Shown here: positions 61,443-64,000 of the stretch, in pieces
How the letters are laid out: the number at the start of each line of letters is the position of its first letter
Numbering within the stretch: the stretch's first letter is position 1
Origin: Alphaproteobacteria bacterium
GTDB lineage: Bacteria > Pseudomonadota > Alphaproteobacteria > Rs-D84
Direction: 5' to 3'
Assembly (NCBI GenBank): GCA_017524525.1
Contig: JAFXVM010000006.1
Coordinates: 24,819 to 88,818, forward strand
DNA length: 64,000 nt
Position numbers and translations under genes: made by a program
Notes under the pieces: generated by a model
Told to the model about the DNA's origin: nothing
The model's database searches: none
Seen by the model: only the letters and a program-made list of their open reading frames with translations

Positions 61443-62672
61443 TTATTGTGCAATCAAACCTGTAAATATCGCCGCACGGAAATCGGAGTTGTTCCGGACG
61501 TTGCCGGCGCAGTTGCGCGCACAGTTGACCGCGCAACCGGACGCCGTACCGCCGTCGTTGAGGAACACCCACGCAGGGGACGACAAACTACATTGACTTT
61601 CACCATTTGCTGTATAATGCGTTGCTTTGCACCAGCAATATTGTCCACCAGCGACATATCCACCGGTTGTACCGGGATTACCCGTCTCTCCCAGCGTTTT
61701 ACCGTCGTCTGTTGTACTGCAAAATGCTTCGCCTGTCACTTTATCACCATTTGACCATGTGACGCCCCATGTATTATCTTCGGTTAAATTATAGTCACTG
61801 GTGTTTAGCCCAGCCGCTCCATATTCTCCGGTGCTGTCGTTTTTATATCCTCTTGAGCTTCCGTTTGTGCTGACCAATGTTGATGGGATTAAACATTGTT
61901 GTTGTGATGGCGTTGGGGCGACGGCGACACTGTATACTGCATCGCGAAAACCCGGCATACCACGCAATGATTGGGCGCACTCTGACGCGCACGTTTCCGA
62001 ACAATCTGTTGTTGAATTAAATCCGTGATTAAACACCCATGGTTGTGGCGCAAATTCACATTCAGAACCGTTAGTTGGTGTAAATGCATCGGCGCGACAC
62101 CAACAATAAGTCGCACTTCCGCTGGCACCAGTCAAAGTTGCTGTATCTGCCGTCCAATCAGAAGATGTTCCACCCCATGCATAACTGTGGTTATTCCCAA
62201 TGTGCGCGCTGCACATTGCACTTCCCGTTATATTTCCCGGCACAAATGTTGCCCCCCAAGTTTGAGGCTGTGTTAAACCATATGCCAGGGCATTATCCGC
62301 ATAAGGTTCTGGGCTGTCCCCGTTTATATAACCGTAATCTGTTCCTGTATCCACAGAATCTAATGTCGGCAACGCGCATTGTGGAACACGTAATGTCCAG
62401 CCGGCGAATGCATAGCCTAGACGTGATGGCGCGGTTGGCAAAGTCATTGTGCTGGAATAAGAACAACTCTGTGGGGCATTTTGAATTTGTACACCTTCGC
62501 TGTACCAAGTTGTGTTTATTGTATTTGGTTCCCAGATAAGATCTATGTTCAATGGACCTTCGCTGGCGCCAAGGTCTGATTCAGTGCAATTCGCCGGGTT
62601 TGGCATCTCGCCTGTTGCCCAGGCAGAAGTCGCCAAAAACAGCGCAAAAATCGATGTAAAAAGCACTTTCAT
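61443..62672 (-). CDS. secreted CWC-module protein (about 409 aa; two modules), smaller paralog of the giant-protein family
   Basis: Signal peptide MKVLFTSIFALFLATSAWA. Two modules: QTWGATFVPGNITGSAMCS...ATYCWCRADAFTP...W...C..TC..EC...R..PGFRDAVY and NTWGVTWSNGDKVTGEAFCS...GQYCWCKATHYT...W...C..NC..NC....R.NSDFRAAIF. The ORF-track start at 62675 is a TTG; the ATG at 62672 is preferred. Confidence 0.8.
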   Translation of the reverse strand: MKVLFTSIFALFLATSAWATGEMPNPANCTESDLGASEGPLNIDLIWEPNTINTTWYSEGVQIQNAPQSCSYSSTMTLPTAPSRLGYAFAGWTLRVPQCALPTLDSVDTGTDYGYINGDSPEPYADNALAYGLTQPQTWGATFVPGNITGSAMCSAHIGNNHSYAWGGTSSDWTADTATLTGASGSATYCWCRADAFTPTNGSECEFAPQPWVFNHGFNSTTDCSETCASECAQSLRGMPGFRDAVYSVAVAPTPSQQQCLIPSTLVSTNGSSRGYKNDSTGEYGAAGLNTSDYNLTEDNTWGVTWSNGDKVTGEAFCSTTDDGKTLGETGNPGTTGGYVAGGQYCWCKATHYTANGESQCSLSSPAWVFLNDGGTASGCAVNCARNCAGNVRNNSDFRAAIFTGLIAQ

Positions 62673-62767
62673 CAACGTTCTTTTTCTCTTTTACTTTTGC
62701 AGTATAATGTTTTGCAATTTTTTTTGCAACAACTAAAATTAATATTTAGGAATTTTTTTATTAAAAA

Positions 62768-62796
62768 AAAACACCGCGGATGCGGTGCTTTTTGTT
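62768..62796. terminator. bidirectional terminator
   Basis: aaaaaaacaccgcggatgcggtgcttttt. Confidence 0.6.
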
Positions 62797-64000
62797 TATC
62801 CAACCAATTTTTTCCACAAAGATTTTTTCTTTTGTTGTTTTTTAATTGGTTTACGATGACGCGGTGCAGACGTGGTCACTTTTTTCGCTTCCACGTGTTG
62901 CGCGTTTTTCTTTTTCGCGTCCGTAGATGGTTCGTGCGCATTCAAAACATCGTCTGTTTTGACATTTTCCGCCGCAACACGTTGAATTGAATATTGATCA
63001 ATATTCATTAAACTGTCGTCACCAACAATCACAATTTCTGTTTCAAATTCTTTTTCCATCGCAGCCAATTCTGCGCGTTTTTGATTCAACAAGTAAATTG
63101 CAACATCGCTTGGGACCGTCATAATTATCTTTTGAGCGGGTTTCGCCAAAAGTTTTTCTTGTAAATGACGGAACAAGATAATAGACGCTGTTTGAATACT
63201 TGGTACAACGCCCGCCCCCATACAATGTGGACACGCAACATACGAAGATTCTATGAAAGAACTGCGCAATCTTTGACGCGACAGCATCAAAACACCAAAT
63301 GCATTGATTTTCGCAACCTGGGTTCGTGCGCGGTCGTGTTTCATAACTTCGCGCATTTTCTGTTCCAATTTACGGTTGTTTTTTTCTTCTTCCATATCAA
63401 TAAAATCAATCGCAACAATACCCGCCAAATCACGCAGACGCAACTGAAGAGCGATTTCTTCTGCTGCTTCTAAATTCGTGTTAAGCGCAGTTTGTTCGAT
63501 ATCTTTTTCTTTGATAGCGCGTGAAGAATTAACATCGATTGTCACCATGGCTTCTGTTTGGTTGATAACAATAGAACCACCAGATGGCAATACCACATAT
63601 GGACCATGCAATCCTTCCAATTGTTTTTCAACACCTGCTTTGGTCATCAAAGGCACAGCAGCGTCTTTGTATTGAACCAATTGTTTGCGTGGCGCGCGAC
63701 CATACATTTGTTGAAAGTATGTTTTTGCTTCATCAAATGCCTCTGCACCCTGAACATACATAACATCGTCTTTGTCAGAAATAAAATCACGGACAACACG
63801 ACGAAGTAATGAATCTTCGGTGTGAATTATTACTGGTGCAACAGATTCAAGTGTTGTTTTGCGAATATCATTCCAAAGTGAAGTCAAATATTCATAATCT
63901 TTGGTTATATCATCAGCATTTGCGCCCATCGCCGCCGTTCTTAACACAACCGTCATACCCTTTGGTATTTTAAGACTGTGTAATATTTCACGCAGACGTG
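62796..64000 (-). CDS. rng: ribonuclease E/G family protein, N-terminus beyond window edge
   Basis: TIDVNSSR (DNase I-like subdomain), DFIDM (catalytic Asp pair region) and CPHCMGAG Zn-link-like motif. The reading frame is open to position 64000. Confidence 0.75.
   Translation of the reverse strand, partial: RLREILHSLKIPKGMTVVLRTAAMGANADDITKDYEYLTSLWNDIRKTTLESVAPVIIHTEDSLLRRVVRDFISDKDDVMYVQGAEAFDEAKTYFQQMYGRAPRKQLVQYKDAAVPLMTKAGVEKQLEGLHGPYVVLPSGGSIVINQTEAMVTIDVNSSRAIKEKDIEQTALNTNLEAAEEIALQLRLRDLAGIVAIDFIDMEEEKNNRKLEQKMREVMKHDRARTQVAKINAFGVLMLSRQRLRSSFIESSYVACPHCMGAGVVPSIQTASIILFRHLQEKLLAKPAQKIIMTVPSDVAIYLLNQKRAELAAMEKEFETEIVIVGDDSLMNIDQYSIQRVAAENVKTDDVLNAHEPSTDAKKKNAQHVEAKKVTTSAPRHRKPIKKQQKKKSLWKKLVG

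Noticed and set aside
62675-62675. TTG start for the 410-aa CWC gene as given in the ORF track (MMKVLF)
   Set aside because: The adjacent ATG at 62672 gives MKVLF... with a typical signal peptide, so I use that start instead.

Overview
This is a low-GC bacterial chromosome segment, apparently from a Gram-negative, probably host-associated lineage. Lineage clues seen in the sequence: BamD, MurJ, an RlpA/SPOR protein, an ankyrin-repeat protein, and a circularly permuted two-piece tmRNA whose tag begins AANDNF (alphaproteobacterial type). Rubrerythrin, a class II LysRS and RNase J are less typical for that assignment, so I do not name the organism.

Gene content:
- Housekeeping genes: cysS (partial), a fused accD-accA, ihfB, peroxiredoxin, an ATL protein, amiC, prfB with its programmed +1 frameshift, RNase J, rpsD, trpS, xerC/D, csp, lysS, guaC-like, tgt, queA, era, dCMP deaminase, bamD, murJ, rlpA, rubrerythrin, obgE, ssrA, a Lon-like ATPase with no protease domain, tsaB, rimI, a Pif1-like helicase, a nucleoside deaminase, an FAD oxidoreductase, and a partial RNase E/G.
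- tRNAs: five genes, Ser-GCU, Ser-CGA, Arg-CCG, Gly-GCC and Met-CAU.

The most striking content is a family of secreted, cysteine-rich repeat proteins:
- A single 11.9-kb ORF (3980 aa) alternates about 25 Listeria-Bacteroides (Flg_new/InlB-B) repeats with at least 8-9 copies of a ~110-120-aa module I do not recognise. That module is built around an invariant G(E/D)WGxxF...C(S/A)...G.YCWC..T.[FY].P...W...C...C...C...FR..IF pattern. The ORF also carries ephrin-receptor-like/furin-like Cys repeats.
- A 1060-aa paralog shares the giant's N- and C-terminal modules, including a conserved ~65-aa C-terminal domain.
- A 410-aa paralog lies on the minus strand near the window end.
- An in-frame, stop-interrupted relic copy sits immediately downstream of the giant gene.

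Other notable structure:
- Three tRNA genes (Ser-GCU, Gly-GCC, Arg-CCG) are each followed by direct duplications of their own 3' ends. These look like att-like footprints or tandem units.
- A ~1-kb intergenic cluster of GC-rich palindromic elements (60400..61440).
- An ankyrin gene built from near-identical 99-bp tandem units.
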